IMG/VR virus record: IMGVR_UViG_3300045988_115142
Source of the DNA: a virus
DNA length: 64,000 bases
Reading direction: 5' to 3' (one strand)
A program made the translations under genes and the position numbers. Below, piece after piece: positions 34,841-44,152 of this stretch; position 1 is the first letter of the stretch; each line of letters opens with the position of its first letter. The notes below the pieces were generated by a model. That model did no database searches. It was not told the DNA's origin and saw only the letters and a list, made by a program, of their open reading frames with translations.

Positions 34841-35491
34841 ATGATATATAGTAAACTTAATACTACACGAGATGGTAGAAAACCAAAAGATGTATTGTTT
34901 AGTGATACGTATACCGATGGAACTGAGAAAGATGTATTATTACGGTTCTTGAATAAATATGATGATAGGGATGAAATAGATATAGACGATATATCTAAAT
35001 TAATAGCTATATCAGCACTAAACGTTAAGTATAAGCTTAGAGGTAAGGGTATAAAGCATTATCTTAGTCCTCGTACTATTGATGGTAAATTACGTAGAAC
35101 AATCAACAGAGCTTCTATTGCTCAAATTAAAGAAATAGTACATGATAGAACTATCAATAAAGAATTCCGAGGGGAATTATTAGAATTCTTAGATGATAGA
35201 GTAAATCCATCTAGCCCAAATTATGGTATTCCATTTAATCTTAACGATAACTGTACTTGGGATGATTACGATTTTAAAGAGGAATTCTCTGATTGTAAAA
35301 TCAAAGACTTATTTAAACTTGGTCTGACTAGAGGAATTATTAGAGTTCCTACTAAAGAGGAATATCTGAATAATTTACTACGTTCCCATAATTTACCATA
35401 CAGGGTAAGTTGCACTGGTAAAGGCAATAAACCAATATTCAAGGTTTATGAAGTCAAACCAGAACTTATGGTTATTAAAATTTATAGATAG
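34841..35491 (+). CDS. HTH-containing protein, paralog A of a tandem triplet
   Basis: Shares two blocks with the next two genes: DEIDIDDISKLIAISALNVKYKL (excisionase/MerR-like HTH pattern) and CKIKDLFKLGLTRGIIRVP...LPYRV. Confidence 0.65.
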   Translation: MIYSKLNTTRDGRKPKDVLFSDTYTDGTEKDVLLRFLNKYDDRDEIDIDDISKLIAISALNVKYKLRGKGIKHYLSPRTIDGKLRRTINRASIAQIKEIVHDRTINKEFRGELLEFLDDRVNPSSPNYGIPFNLNDNCTWDDYDFKEEFSDCKIKDLFKLGLTRGIIRVPTKEEYLNNLLRSHNLPYRVSCTGKGNKPIFKVYEVKPELMVIKIYR

Positions 35492-35502
35492 GAGAAATTA
35501 CT

Positions 35503-36231
35503 ATGGATGCAAAGGAAATCAAACTAAGAGAAGAATTAGATTCCATTGACGAAACTATGGCTTTAAAAAGAAGAGAAATAGAAGATCTTAAAAAGAAAAA
35601 AGAAAAGCTAAAAGTAGAACTCGATGATCATATGTATACCAATATGAATACATTGATTTACAACTCCTTAAAATCCGATGACCCGGCTATTGAGTTATTA
35701 AATATGGCTAATGATAAAGACGAATTATCTTTAGATGATGCTGCATTTATTCTTGGTATCACTCCAAATACACTCAGAGCTAGAGTAGATTCTGATCATA
35801 TAAAGAAATATCGTAGATATGATGCTCATAATACAATAATGAGTAGACTTGAAGTTGGATATATCAAATCCCTTCTCGATATGAAGAAGTCCGATCCAAA
35901 GATTCGTGAATGTGTAAAATACATTCTAGAATTTTATAATATTACCGGATTTCCTCTTTCTATATCGACACCATTGAAAGAGTTAGAGGCTCCTATTAAG
36001 CAGTTTAGAAGTTATAGAGACATGACAGTTTGCGATCTGATAGCTAAAGGATTTGGTCGTGGTCTCATTACATATCCTCAACACAATACAGTAGAACGTA
36101 TGCTTTATTCGTATAATATTGGTTATAGATTGGGATGGTTGAGATCCAGTTTAAGGGGTCGTACCGTATATAAAAGCATTAAAGATGATACAGTAAGACC
36201 AATTAGTGTTTATATTAATAAGGAGAAATAA
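35503..36231 (+). CDS. Coiled-coil plus HTH protein, paralog B
   Basis: N-terminal heptad-like KLREELDSIDETMALKRREIEDLKKKKEKLKVELDD. HTH block DELSLDDAAFILGITPNTLRARV. Second block MTVCDLIAKGFGRGLITYP...IGYRL. Confidence 0.7.
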   Translation: MDAKEIKLREELDSIDETMALKRREIEDLKKKKEKLKVELDDHMYTNMNTLIYNSLKSDDPAIELLNMANDKDELSLDDAAFILGITPNTLRARVDSDHIKKYRRYDAHNTIMSRLEVGYIKSLLDMKKSDPKIRECVKYILEFYNITGFPLSISTPLKELEAPIKQFRSYRDMTVCDLIAKGFGRGLITYPQHNTVERMLYSYNIGYRLGWLRSSLRGRTVYKSIKDDTVRPISVYINKEK

Positions 36232-36232
36232 G

Positions 36233-36940
36233 ATGGACTTCAACTCAAGAGAAGATTTACAAAAAGAATTGAAAAAGGTAGACGATGATATAGCGAAAGC
36301 AGAAATAAATCTTACTACTTTACGTCTATATAGACAAACTATAGCTGACCGATTAAGTCAAGTAATGGAAAGTAAATGTAAGATTGTCAACGTTGGAGAT
36401 TTCGACGGCTCTATAGATCCTATCAAAGCTTGTTTAAATTCTTTAAATGATTCTGATGAAATTAGAATCGAAGATGTGTCTTACATGTTTGGTATCTCTG
36501 TGGCTGTATTATTGACTAAGATCGATACTAAAGAATTGAGAGTATTCAAATACTCCAATAAAAGAAATAGCCGTACTGGTAAAGTATTGACAGTAAAATA
36601 CATAAAGAAACTCTTAGAAGAACATAATAGCGATGATATCAAAAAGCGTAAATATGTAGAATATATATTTAAAGAGTATCATGAAAATGCTATGTCTTTA
36701 AATATTAAGAGTAGAGTAAAAGACCTACTATATAAACCTTATGATAATCCTGAGTATGAAAATTTGACTCTAAAACAACTAATCATTGGTGGTTTTAATC
36801 GTGGGTTTATTAAGTTTACTCACTATAATACTATGATTAAGATGCTTGATTCTTTCAACTGTGAGTATACTCTAGATTATTCTTCTTACAGAGTTATGGA
36901 AAAATCTACAAATAAACTAATTAGGGTATATTCTAAATAA
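36233..36940 (+). CDS. Coiled-coil plus HTH protein, paralog C
   Basis: The ATG at 36233 is preceded by AAGGAG. N-terminal REDLQKELKKVDDDIAKAEINLTTLRLYRQ. HTH block DEIRIEDVSYMFGISVAVLLTKI. Second block LTLKQLIIGGFNRGFIKFT...CEYTL. Confidence 0.7.
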   Translation: MDFNSREDLQKELKKVDDDIAKAEINLTTLRLYRQTIADRLSQVMESKCKIVNVGDFDGSIDPIKACLNSLNDSDEIRIEDVSYMFGISVAVLLTKIDTKELRVFKYSNKRNSRTGKVLTVKYIKKLLEEHNSDDIKKRKYVEYIFKEYHENAMSLNIKSRVKDLLYKPYDNPEYENLTLKQLIIGGFNRGFIKFTHYNTMIKMLDSFNCEYTLDYSSYRVMEKSTNKLIRVYSK

Positions 36941-36945
36941 TATAT

Positions 36946-36969
36946 TGGGAGCTGAATATTCAGCTCCCA
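36946..36969 (+). terminator. Intrinsic terminator, perfect palindrome
   Basis: TGGGAGCTGAATATTCAGCTCCCA followed by TATTTTTATTTTTTATTTTTT. Confidence 0.85.
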
Positions 36970-36992
36970 TATTTTTATTTTTTATTTTTTAA

Positions 36993-37020
36993 TTGACAAT
37001 TTTATAAATATCCATATTTT
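36993..37020 (+). promoter_or_regulatory. Candidate sigma-70/SigA-type promoter
   Basis: Consensus TTGACA at 36993-36998 preceded by a long T/A-rich UP-like tract. TATTTT follows at 16-nt spacing. Lies about 30 nt upstream of the 37050 gene. Confidence 0.4.
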
Positions 37021-37049
37021 ATATTTAAATCTAATAAGGAGAATACATT

Positions 37050-37889
37050 ATGAACGGACAATTCGCCACAACAGGGCGATATACATTTGAACAATTACTA
37101 GTCATGATGGCTGATATAGATACTATGTCTTATCATGAACTTTATCGTATCTTGGAAAACTATTATCATGTCATTCTAGAACATTTAGAAGATAGACATT
37201 CTAAGAAGTTAATACCTCTTTATGGTTCACCTAAATTCTTATTCACTCTTCTTCAAGTATTGAATAATACAGAAAGAAGTTCTGAAAGATGTAGATTGGT
37301 AAACACATTCCTTAGAAGTACTTTATTCTCTGAGAATGGACCATATATCCGAGATATTGCTTACTTGATTGCTAAGTTCTATAATTATGACACAGTAGCA
37401 AGATTAGAAGCATTAGGTACATTAGATGAAGAATTATGTATCTATCTCTCTATTATTTCTAAAGCATCTATTAGAGATTATGTGAATATCAACCGCATCA
37501 ATTACACTATCTGCTCCTTTACTAATAGAGATTTAACTCCTATGGAGATAATTCAAATCTATAACGTTCTTTACCCTAGAAACTTTACTGATGTATTCAT
37601 CAACTCTATGGCAAATGATATAGTGGATACAGAGACAACTGATCCATCTATACTTCCAAGAGCTTTACTTATCGAAGAGTCTCTCAAACAAGCCGTATGT
37701 ATGATTTTAGAAACATTCGATACTGGTATTATCTCTCAAATACTTATTTCTTATAATGAGTATTGTATGTTTAATGGGAAGAAATCTCCATCTATTCTCA
37801 AGTACTGTTCTGATAAACTAGGGTATCCTTTCCTCAAAGTTCCTATCATCGTTAGAGAACTAGAAAAGCAAGATATCTTTATCGGATAG
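37050..37889 (+). CDS. Hypothetical protein
   Basis: Track ORF with TAAGGAGA upstream. No motif recognised. Confidence 0.75.
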   Translation: MNGQFATTGRYTFEQLLVMMADIDTMSYHELYRILENYYHVILEHLEDRHSKKLIPLYGSPKFLFTLLQVLNNTERSSERCRLVNTFLRSTLFSENGPYIRDIAYLIAKFYNYDTVARLEALGTLDEELCIYLSIISKASIRDYVNINRINYTICSFTNRDLTPMEIIQIYNVLYPRNFTDVFINSMANDIVDTETTDPSILPRALLIEESLKQAVCMILETFDTGIISQILISYNEYCMFNGKKSPSILKYCSDKLGYPFLKVPIIVRELEKQDIFIG

Positions 37890-37972
37890 AAAATCGTTTT
37901 TAATGTAGAGATGTACTCTATAATACATATAATAAAACACTTATTTTTTATTTAAAATAAAGGAGTAAATCC

Positions 37973-39244
37973 ATGGCAAAAGAAGTTACTGTATACAACA
38001 ACGATGTAGATTATCAATCATCTTTAGCATACGAATTCAGAAATGTAGTATCTAAAGATAAAGATCTTCGTATGTCTTCTGAAGCTAAAATTGATATTGG
38101 ATATCCAACTGGTTTCTTGGGCTTTGACTTCATGAATGGTTACAAAGTTCATAATAATGGCGAAACTAAATACAACCTAGGTATCTCTGATGGTAGTATG
38201 GTAATGGTAATTGGTCGTTCTGGTTGTGGTAAATCTACATTCTGTACACAAATGGCGGCTAACATTGTACGTCCATTCAAAACTTCTACAATCTTCGAAG
38301 ATTCTATCGAAGGTGGTATGGTTAAAGAACGCCGTATGCAGTTAAGTGGTTTCAATACAGAAGCTGAATATAAGAAACGTTTTGTAATTCGTAATACTGG
38401 TATTACAGCAGAAACTTTCTTAGCTCGTATTAAATTCATTCATGATTTGAAATTAGCAGATCCTGAAAGATATAAATACGATACTGGTTATGTAGATGAA
38501 GAAGGAAACCCAATCAAATTATTTGAACCAACGGTTTATATCTTAGACTCCATTGCTTTGATTATGCCAGATGATTTGGTAGAAGAAGGCGAAGTATCTA
38601 CCAACATGTCTGTTACTCGTACAGCTAAAGTTGTAACTGATATTATTCGTCGAGTAGTACCTATGCTTAAAATGGCTAATATCATTTTAATCGTAGTAAA
38701 CCATATCCTTTCTGATGTATCTATTCGTCCTAAGAAAGCTGACTTAATGTATTTGAAACAAGGTGAATCTTTACCTCGTGGTAAAACTGTAATCTATCTT
38801 TCTAATACAGTAATTCGGTTAGATGATACTAAACTTAAAGCAGACGAAAAGTTCAAAGTAGCTGGTTCTTTAGTAGATGTAACTAATACTAAGTCTCGTT
38901 CAGCTGGTGCTGGTCAAACTTCTACAATGGTATTTACTTATGACCACGGTTTTGACCCAGAACTTTCTTTATTTATGCTATTACAAAACAATGGTCGTGT
39001 AAACGGTGCTGGTATTGGTTACTACTTTGATGACCATACTGACTTCAAATTCTCTTTGAAAGGTTTCAAAGAAAAACTTCGTAAAGATCCAGAGTTCTAT
39101 AAGCTCTTTATGGAAGTAGCTAAAAGTGAATTAGAAAAATTGCCTTCTAACGCAAACGATATAGTTGATGTAGATGAACAAGATCAAAACGAAAGTAATA
39201 ATGTTACTTCTGATATTCTTGGTACAATTGGCATCAAATATTAA
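37973..39244 (+). CDS. RecA-superfamily recombinase (UvsX/RecA-like)
   Basis: Walker A VIGRSGCGKSTF, Walker B VYILDSIALIMP, and a hydrophobic strand ending IVVNHI, as in RecA/UvsX cores. The subfamily assignment is tentative. Confidence 0.55.
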   Translation: MAKEVTVYNNDVDYQSSLAYEFRNVVSKDKDLRMSSEAKIDIGYPTGFLGFDFMNGYKVHNNGETKYNLGISDGSMVMVIGRSGCGKSTFCTQMAANIVRPFKTSTIFEDSIEGGMVKERRMQLSGFNTEAEYKKRFVIRNTGITAETFLARIKFIHDLKLADPERYKYDTGYVDEEGNPIKLFEPTVYILDSIALIMPDDLVEEGEVSTNMSVTRTAKVVTDIIRRVVPMLKMANIILIVVNHILSDVSIRPKKADLMYLKQGESLPRGKTVIYLSNTVIRLDDTKLKADEKFKVAGSLVDVTNTKSRSAGAGQTSTMVFTYDHGFDPELSLFMLLQNNGRVNGAGIGYYFDDHTDFKFSLKGFKEKLRKDPEFYKLFMEVAKSELEKLPSNANDIVDVDEQDQNESNNVTSDILGTIGIKY

Positions 39245-39312
39245 TATATCTTTTAATCATATAATATCAATATGAAGTGATATTAGTGCTTAAAAGAAAG
39301 GAAGGTTAGAGA

Positions 39313-41763
39313 ATGGCAACATCACTTAATTTAATTCAAGCCGCAATGGAAAAACAAAATGCTTATCCAAGTGCGGAATATGTAATTGGCAAATCGTTAC
39401 AACAGCCAGCTACTAATACAAACTCTGGTCCTCGTAAACTCATGTATGGTTTACAGGCAGAACAAACTATTCAGATCTCGAAGCCAGAAACGCCTTTAAT
39501 GGCTACTGGCTTTGAAGGTCAATTTGCTGAGTATTCCAGCAACTATATTATTGCCGAAGACGACTATGAAGTCATTGACAAAGTATATAAAAACAAAATG
39601 ATGTATTGGATGTTCGTTAGAAATACTAAAACAGGGAAAGTCGACGTATTCGCTAGAACAACTTATGAATACATCACAGAAATGTATGGCTATGAAATGA
39701 ATACAGAATATATTGATGCGTTAACTCCAGGTGATATAATCCCTAAGAACTCACCAATTATTCTACCAGATTCATTTGATAGTGCATTAAATGCAGGTAC
39801 TGGTGTAAACTTAACTTGTGTTTACATGGCATTAGCAGAAACTACAGAAGACCCAGTGGTCTTATCTGAATCTGCAGCTCGTAAACTTACTGCACCTACC
39901 TACAAAAACGTAGAAGTCATGGTCAATGATAATGATATTCTACTAAACCTTTATGGAGATGAAACAGGCAACTATAAATCTTTCCCAGATATTGGTGAAG
40001 AGGTTAAACATCGTACACTCTGTGCTCTTCGTAAAGAAAAGAAAGAGGATGAAGCACTCTATACACAATCGGTACAGATGCTTAAAGAAAGGCTACAATC
40101 CGATACTGCTTTCCTCGCAAATGGTACTGTTATAGATATCGATGTATATTGTAACAATACAGAATATGATAATCCACAAATCGAGAAATACTATAATAAA
40201 ACTTTAGAATATTCTCAAAAGATTGTGGATATTCTAGAAAAGGAAAAACGAAAAGGTTATACACTTACTAGTGAAGCTGACAGATTGCTTTATAACTCCA
40301 AGTCTATTCTTGAAGGCAAGCCTTATATGACTAAAGACAAAGTATTTACTAACTTAGTAATCAACTTTGTAGTCAAAGAAGAAAAGCCTATGGAGCAAGG
40401 TGATAAATGTACAGACCGTTATGCTGGTAAAGGTGTAGTATCTTACATATGGCCGGACGAAGAAATGCCAATGTATGAACGTAATGGTGAATTATTCCCA
40501 GTGGATATCATCTATAACTCTTCTACAATGGTTAACCGTCAAAATCCAGGACAAACATTCGAAACTGAAATCAACTATGTATCAGATCGCATAGTAGAAA
40601 GAATGCGTAAGATGTATTATGGAGCTTCTGAACTAAATAGATCAGATATGGTTCCAGAATGCGAAAATATGATTCTTAAGTTTATGAATGTAGTAAATCC
40701 TGAAGAAGCATTCTTCTATAATGAACAAATTATGGAATATGGATTACAAGAACGTGAGTTCTTCTTACAATCTGTAATGGCAGACAATGCTTTATTCTTA
40801 GTTTGTAAGCCAATATCTGGTAATATCAACTTAACTACTTTGTATAATTTATATACTGAGTTTCCTTGGGTTGAATTAGATAAACTTTGGGTAAAACAAA
40901 AATGTTCTGATGGTTCTTATAGACGTATTCAAACTAATCGTGGTGTTATCACTGGAAAAAAGTATATCTATAGATTGAAACAAATTGCAGAAGAAAAATT
41001 CTCTGCTGTATCTTTAGCGTCTACTAACTTACGTGGTGAAAATACTAAGACTAGAGCTCATAAACAACACAGAAGTGTACATTCTGACACTCCTGTAAGA
41101 TTAGGTGCAATGGAATCATCTAACTTATTAGATGCTGCCGATGTATCAATGAGATTAGCTATTGTATTTATGCTACTTTCATCTTCATTCAAATACAGAC
41201 GTCAAGCTTATCAATTATTGGTAGGTGATCCATTTAAACCATATATCAAACTTGATGCAGAAGCAAACGTATTGGCAACATCACGTTCAGCTGAGATTGC
41301 TAAAGTATTGATGAAAGCTATTGGTCTTAAGATCAACTTCAATAAGACAAAGAAGATGTATAAAGCACCAGTACTTCTTAATGTATTTGAACAACTTCCA
41401 GATATCAATAATCCATATTATAGATATGGGTGTTATGATCAAGACATTGTTCAATCTCCAATTATTCGTATGCCATTCTTTGTTAAGAATGAAGATATGG
41501 ATAGATTGGTTAAGTTGTATAAGAAACACCATAAAGATGAATTGCTTATGAGTCCAATTAACTTCAATGGTGTTGATAATATTATCGATGCAGATATTAT
41601 CAATAAAGTAATGACATTGATTAGTACTTGTGAAAATATGGATGAAGCTGAAGCAGCAGTTAAAGCTAAGACTCCAGAACCATTAGCAATTCCAATGCAT
41701 GTAATGCCTGTTATTAGAACCGGAGGCGAAAGATATGAACCAACGTCTAATAACAATTCTTGA
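39313..41763 (+). CDS. Phage multisubunit RNA polymerase, beta subunit C-terminal half
   Basis: PRKLMYGLQAEQTIQISKPETPLMATGFE aligns with bacterial beta NRALMGANMQRQAVP..PLVGTGME. GDKCTDRYAGKGVVSYIWPDEEMP...PVDIIYN aligns with GDKMAGRHGNKGVIS...DMP...VDIVLNP. NRQNPGQTFE aligns with SRMNIGQILE. Confidence 0.8.
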   Translation: MATSLNLIQAAMEKQNAYPSAEYVIGKSLQQPATNTNSGPRKLMYGLQAEQTIQISKPETPLMATGFEGQFAEYSSNYIIAEDDYEVIDKVYKNKMMYWMFVRNTKTGKVDVFARTTYEYITEMYGYEMNTEYIDALTPGDIIPKNSPIILPDSFDSALNAGTGVNLTCVYMALAETTEDPVVLSESAARKLTAPTYKNVEVMVNDNDILLNLYGDETGNYKSFPDIGEEVKHRTLCALRKEKKEDEALYTQSVQMLKERLQSDTAFLANGTVIDIDVYCNNTEYDNPQIEKYYNKTLEYSQKIVDILEKEKRKGYTLTSEADRLLYNSKSILEGKPYMTKDKVFTNLVINFVVKEEKPMEQGDKCTDRYAGKGVVSYIWPDEEMPMYERNGELFPVDIIYNSSTMVNRQNPGQTFETEINYVSDRIVERMRKMYYGASELNRSDMVPECENMILKFMNVVNPEEAFFYNEQIMEYGLQEREFFLQSVMADNALFLVCKPISGNINLTTLYNLYTEFPWVELDKLWVKQKCSDGSYRRIQTNRGVITGKKYIYRLKQIAEEKFSAVSLASTNLRGENTKTRAHKQHRSVHSDTPVRLGAMESSNLLDAADVSMRLAIVFMLLSSSFKYRRQAYQLLVGDPFKPYIKLDAEANVLATSRSAEIAKVLMKAIGLKINFNKTKKMYKAPVLLNVFEQLPDINNPYYRYGCYDQDIVQSPIIRMPFFVKNEDMDRLVKLYKKHHKDELLMSPINFNGVDNIIDADIINKVMTLISTCENMDEAEAAVKAKTPEPLAIPMHVMPVIRTGGERYEPTSNNNS

Positions 41764-44062
41764 TGCTTTACGAAATGGTAAAGATATCATTACTCCAGAA
41801 GATGTAACTGATATCAATAATATTTCTGTAAATTATATTCAAGGTCAAGGTAAAGTAGAACCAAGAGATATTAGAAATATATTGGAGATATCCAATATCT
41901 TATACAATAATACTCAAAGAGCTATATTACCTTTGGATGATGCCATCTATGATTCAGTTGTAGTTAAGTTCAAGAATCAAGGGTTTGAACCACCAGTTGG
42001 TGCAGTTGGTATTACTATAGACAGTAAAGATAACGTTGGTTCTTTATTAGAAGATCAATCTCTTCTTGAAGTGTTTAAAACTATCCCAGAAGAGAAAGCT
42101 AAGGAAATGCTTTATGATAAAGATCTTATGAGATTTGAAATGCCTATTAAAGAGGATTTCTATAATCCAAATAGCGTAGGTAATTATACAGAACTCTCTA
42201 AGATTAAGCATAGTGCTGAGCATAATTATCCTGAGCTTGTTGGTACTCTTTACAAATGTAAGTATACCACAATGAATGAAGCTGTAGCAGCTGGAGTAGA
42301 ACCAGATGATATCACAACTATGGTATTTGAAAGAGATTTCTTGAGTAAATACTATAATGCAGTTTTCCCATATACAATGGATGGTAAAGCTGGATTGATA
42401 GCTGAGCTTAAATACGATGGTGTATCTATAGAAGCTACAGTTGATGGTGATACTATCATTGCAGCTTATAGTCGTGGTGATACAGCTAATGGAATAGCTT
42501 CTGACTACACTCCAATCTTTGGTGGTAAAGTATTCCATCGTGCTAAAGGTATCATTCCAAAAGGAACTGTCTTTGGTATTAAATTCGAAGCAATAGTTAC
42601 GGATAGAAATCTTGAAATTCTCAAATATAAATTCGGGAAAGAATATAAGAATTCTCGGGTAGCTATTATTGGCTTGCTTGGTAGTTCTGATGTAAACAAA
42701 TATAGAGATTTGATTACACTGGTACCAATCAGAACCAGTGGATTACAATTCGATGATATGGTTCAAGAAGTAGAATTCTTGAATAAGTATTATTCCTCTG
42801 GTGTAGAGATGAAGTATACTTATATGAGAGGGAATTATAATGAACTCTTATTCCAAACTTATCGATTCGTTCAAGATGCTTCTGCTCTAAGAGGTATCAT
42901 GGGATTCATGTATGATGGTGTAGTAATCTCATTCGCTGATTATAATATCCATAAGATTCTTGGTAGAAATAACTTTACTGATAATTGGGCTATGGCTATT
43001 AAATTCAATGCTATGAGTGCTGATACTATCTTCAATGGGTATACATACACAGTAGGTCAAAATGGTCTAATCACACCAATGGCTCACTTCAAACCTGTCC
43101 AATTCCTTGGTTCTACGCATGACAAAACGACTGCTCATAGCTATAAGAGATTCAAAGAATTGGCTTTAAAGGTTGGGGATCCAGTTAGGATTACATATGT
43201 GAATGATGTTATCTGTTATATAGATAAACCATTTAAAGATGTAGACAATCCTAATCCAGTTATCCCATTCCCTACACATTGTCCAGCTTGTGGCAGTCCT
43301 ATTACTTTATCTATGTCTGGTGATAGTGCTTATTGTCTAAATCCTCTTTGTCCAGAACGTAATGCTACTCGTATTACGAACATGGTTAAGAAGTTAGGAT
43401 TCAAAGACTTCTCCAGAGCATACATCTCCAAGCTAGATATAAAATCATTTAGAGATTTGATTGAATTAGATAAGATATATTCAGCAGAACTAATTGGTGA
43501 TGCTTTAACTAATAAACTATTCGACCAAATCAATAAGATTAAATCTGAACCATTACCAGATTATAAAGTGGTAGGTGCTCTTGGCTTCAGTTCTATTAGT
43601 GCTGAACGCTGGAGAATTATTCTAAATAATGTATCTTTAAATGCTATCATTCATAATGATGACGATAGTGTTAGACGTTTGATTAGTATGGTTAAAGGTA
43701 TTGGTAAAGTAATTGCTGATACTATAGCTAAAGAACGCCATGTCTTCATGGATGATTTGTTATTGATAGAATCTATGCCTAATTTACAAATAACCTTCAG
43801 AGGTGAAGGAGCTTCTGTACAAGATAGAAAGACAGTTCGGTTTACTGGATTTAGATCTGCTGTATTAGAAGAAGAATTTAATAAATTAGGATTCGATGCA
43901 GATGGTAACAAATCTGTAACTAAGAAGACCGATATCTTAGTTATTCCTTATCCAGGATTTGTATCTTCTAAGTTAAGCAAGATAAGTCCTAATTGTTTAG
44001 TACTTTCTGAGAAAGATGCTTATGACTACATAATGTATCTTCAAAGTCAAAATAATTTATAA
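41735..44062 (+). CDS. ligA: NAD-dependent DNA ligase
   Basis: Adenylation motif ELKYDGVSIE (KxDG), Zn finger CPACGS...CLNPLCPE, HhH-like region, and a C-terminal BRCT-like TVRFTGFRS...SVTKKTDILVI. The start overlaps the RNAP gene by 29 nt. Confidence 0.85.
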   Translation: MNQRLITILDALRNGKDIITPEDVTDINNISVNYIQGQGKVEPRDIRNILEISNILYNNTQRAILPLDDAIYDSVVVKFKNQGFEPPVGAVGITIDSKDNVGSLLEDQSLLEVFKTIPEEKAKEMLYDKDLMRFEMPIKEDFYNPNSVGNYTELSKIKHSAEHNYPELVGTLYKCKYTTMNEAVAAGVEPDDITTMVFERDFLSKYYNAVFPYTMDGKAGLIAELKYDGVSIEATVDGDTIIAAYSRGDTANGIASDYTPIFGGKVFHRAKGIIPKGTVFGIKFEAIVTDRNLEILKYKFGKEYKNSRVAIIGLLGSSDVNKYRDLITLVPIRTSGLQFDDMVQEVEFLNKYYSSGVEMKYTYMRGNYNELLFQTYRFVQDASALRGIMGFMYDGVVISFADYNIHKILGRNNFTDNWAMAIKFNAMSADTIFNGYTYTVGQNGLITPMAHFKPVQFLGSTHDKTTAHSYKRFKELALKVGDPVRITYVNDVICYIDKPFKDVDNPNPVIPFPTHCPACGSPITLSMSGDSAYCLNPLCPERNATRITNMVKKLGFKDFSRAYISKLDIKSFRDLIELDKIYSAELIGDALTNKLFDQINKIKSEPLPDYKVVGALGFSSISAERWRIILNNVSLNAIIHNDDDSVRRLISMVKGIGKVIADTIAKERHVFMDDLLLIESMPNLQITFRGEGASVQDRKTVRFTGFRSAVLEEEFNKLGFDADGNKSVTKKTDILVIPYPGFVSSKLSKISPNCLVLSEKDAYDYIMYLQSQNNL

Positions 44063-44152
44063 AAGTATATTATAGATGTGGTAAGGGTGGTGTATTTTCC
44101 ACATCACCCATACACAATTTTAATATTTTTATATTTCAAGGAGGACAAACCT

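Noticed and set aside
42047-42699. Minus-strand ORFs (163 aa and 64 aa) inside ligA
   Set aside because: They lie inside a gene with unambiguous LigA motifs and have no translation signals.
8555-44152. N-terminal extensions given by the ORF track (for example 4671, 5070, 8555, 11627, 14988, 15545, 19705, 28138, 28839, 32835, 36206, 44078, 62526, 63598)
   Set aside because: The extended starts lack SD sequences and often begin inside terminator hairpins or the upstream gene. In each case an internal ATG with a canonical AGGAGG-type SD at 5-12 nt spacing exists and was used instead.
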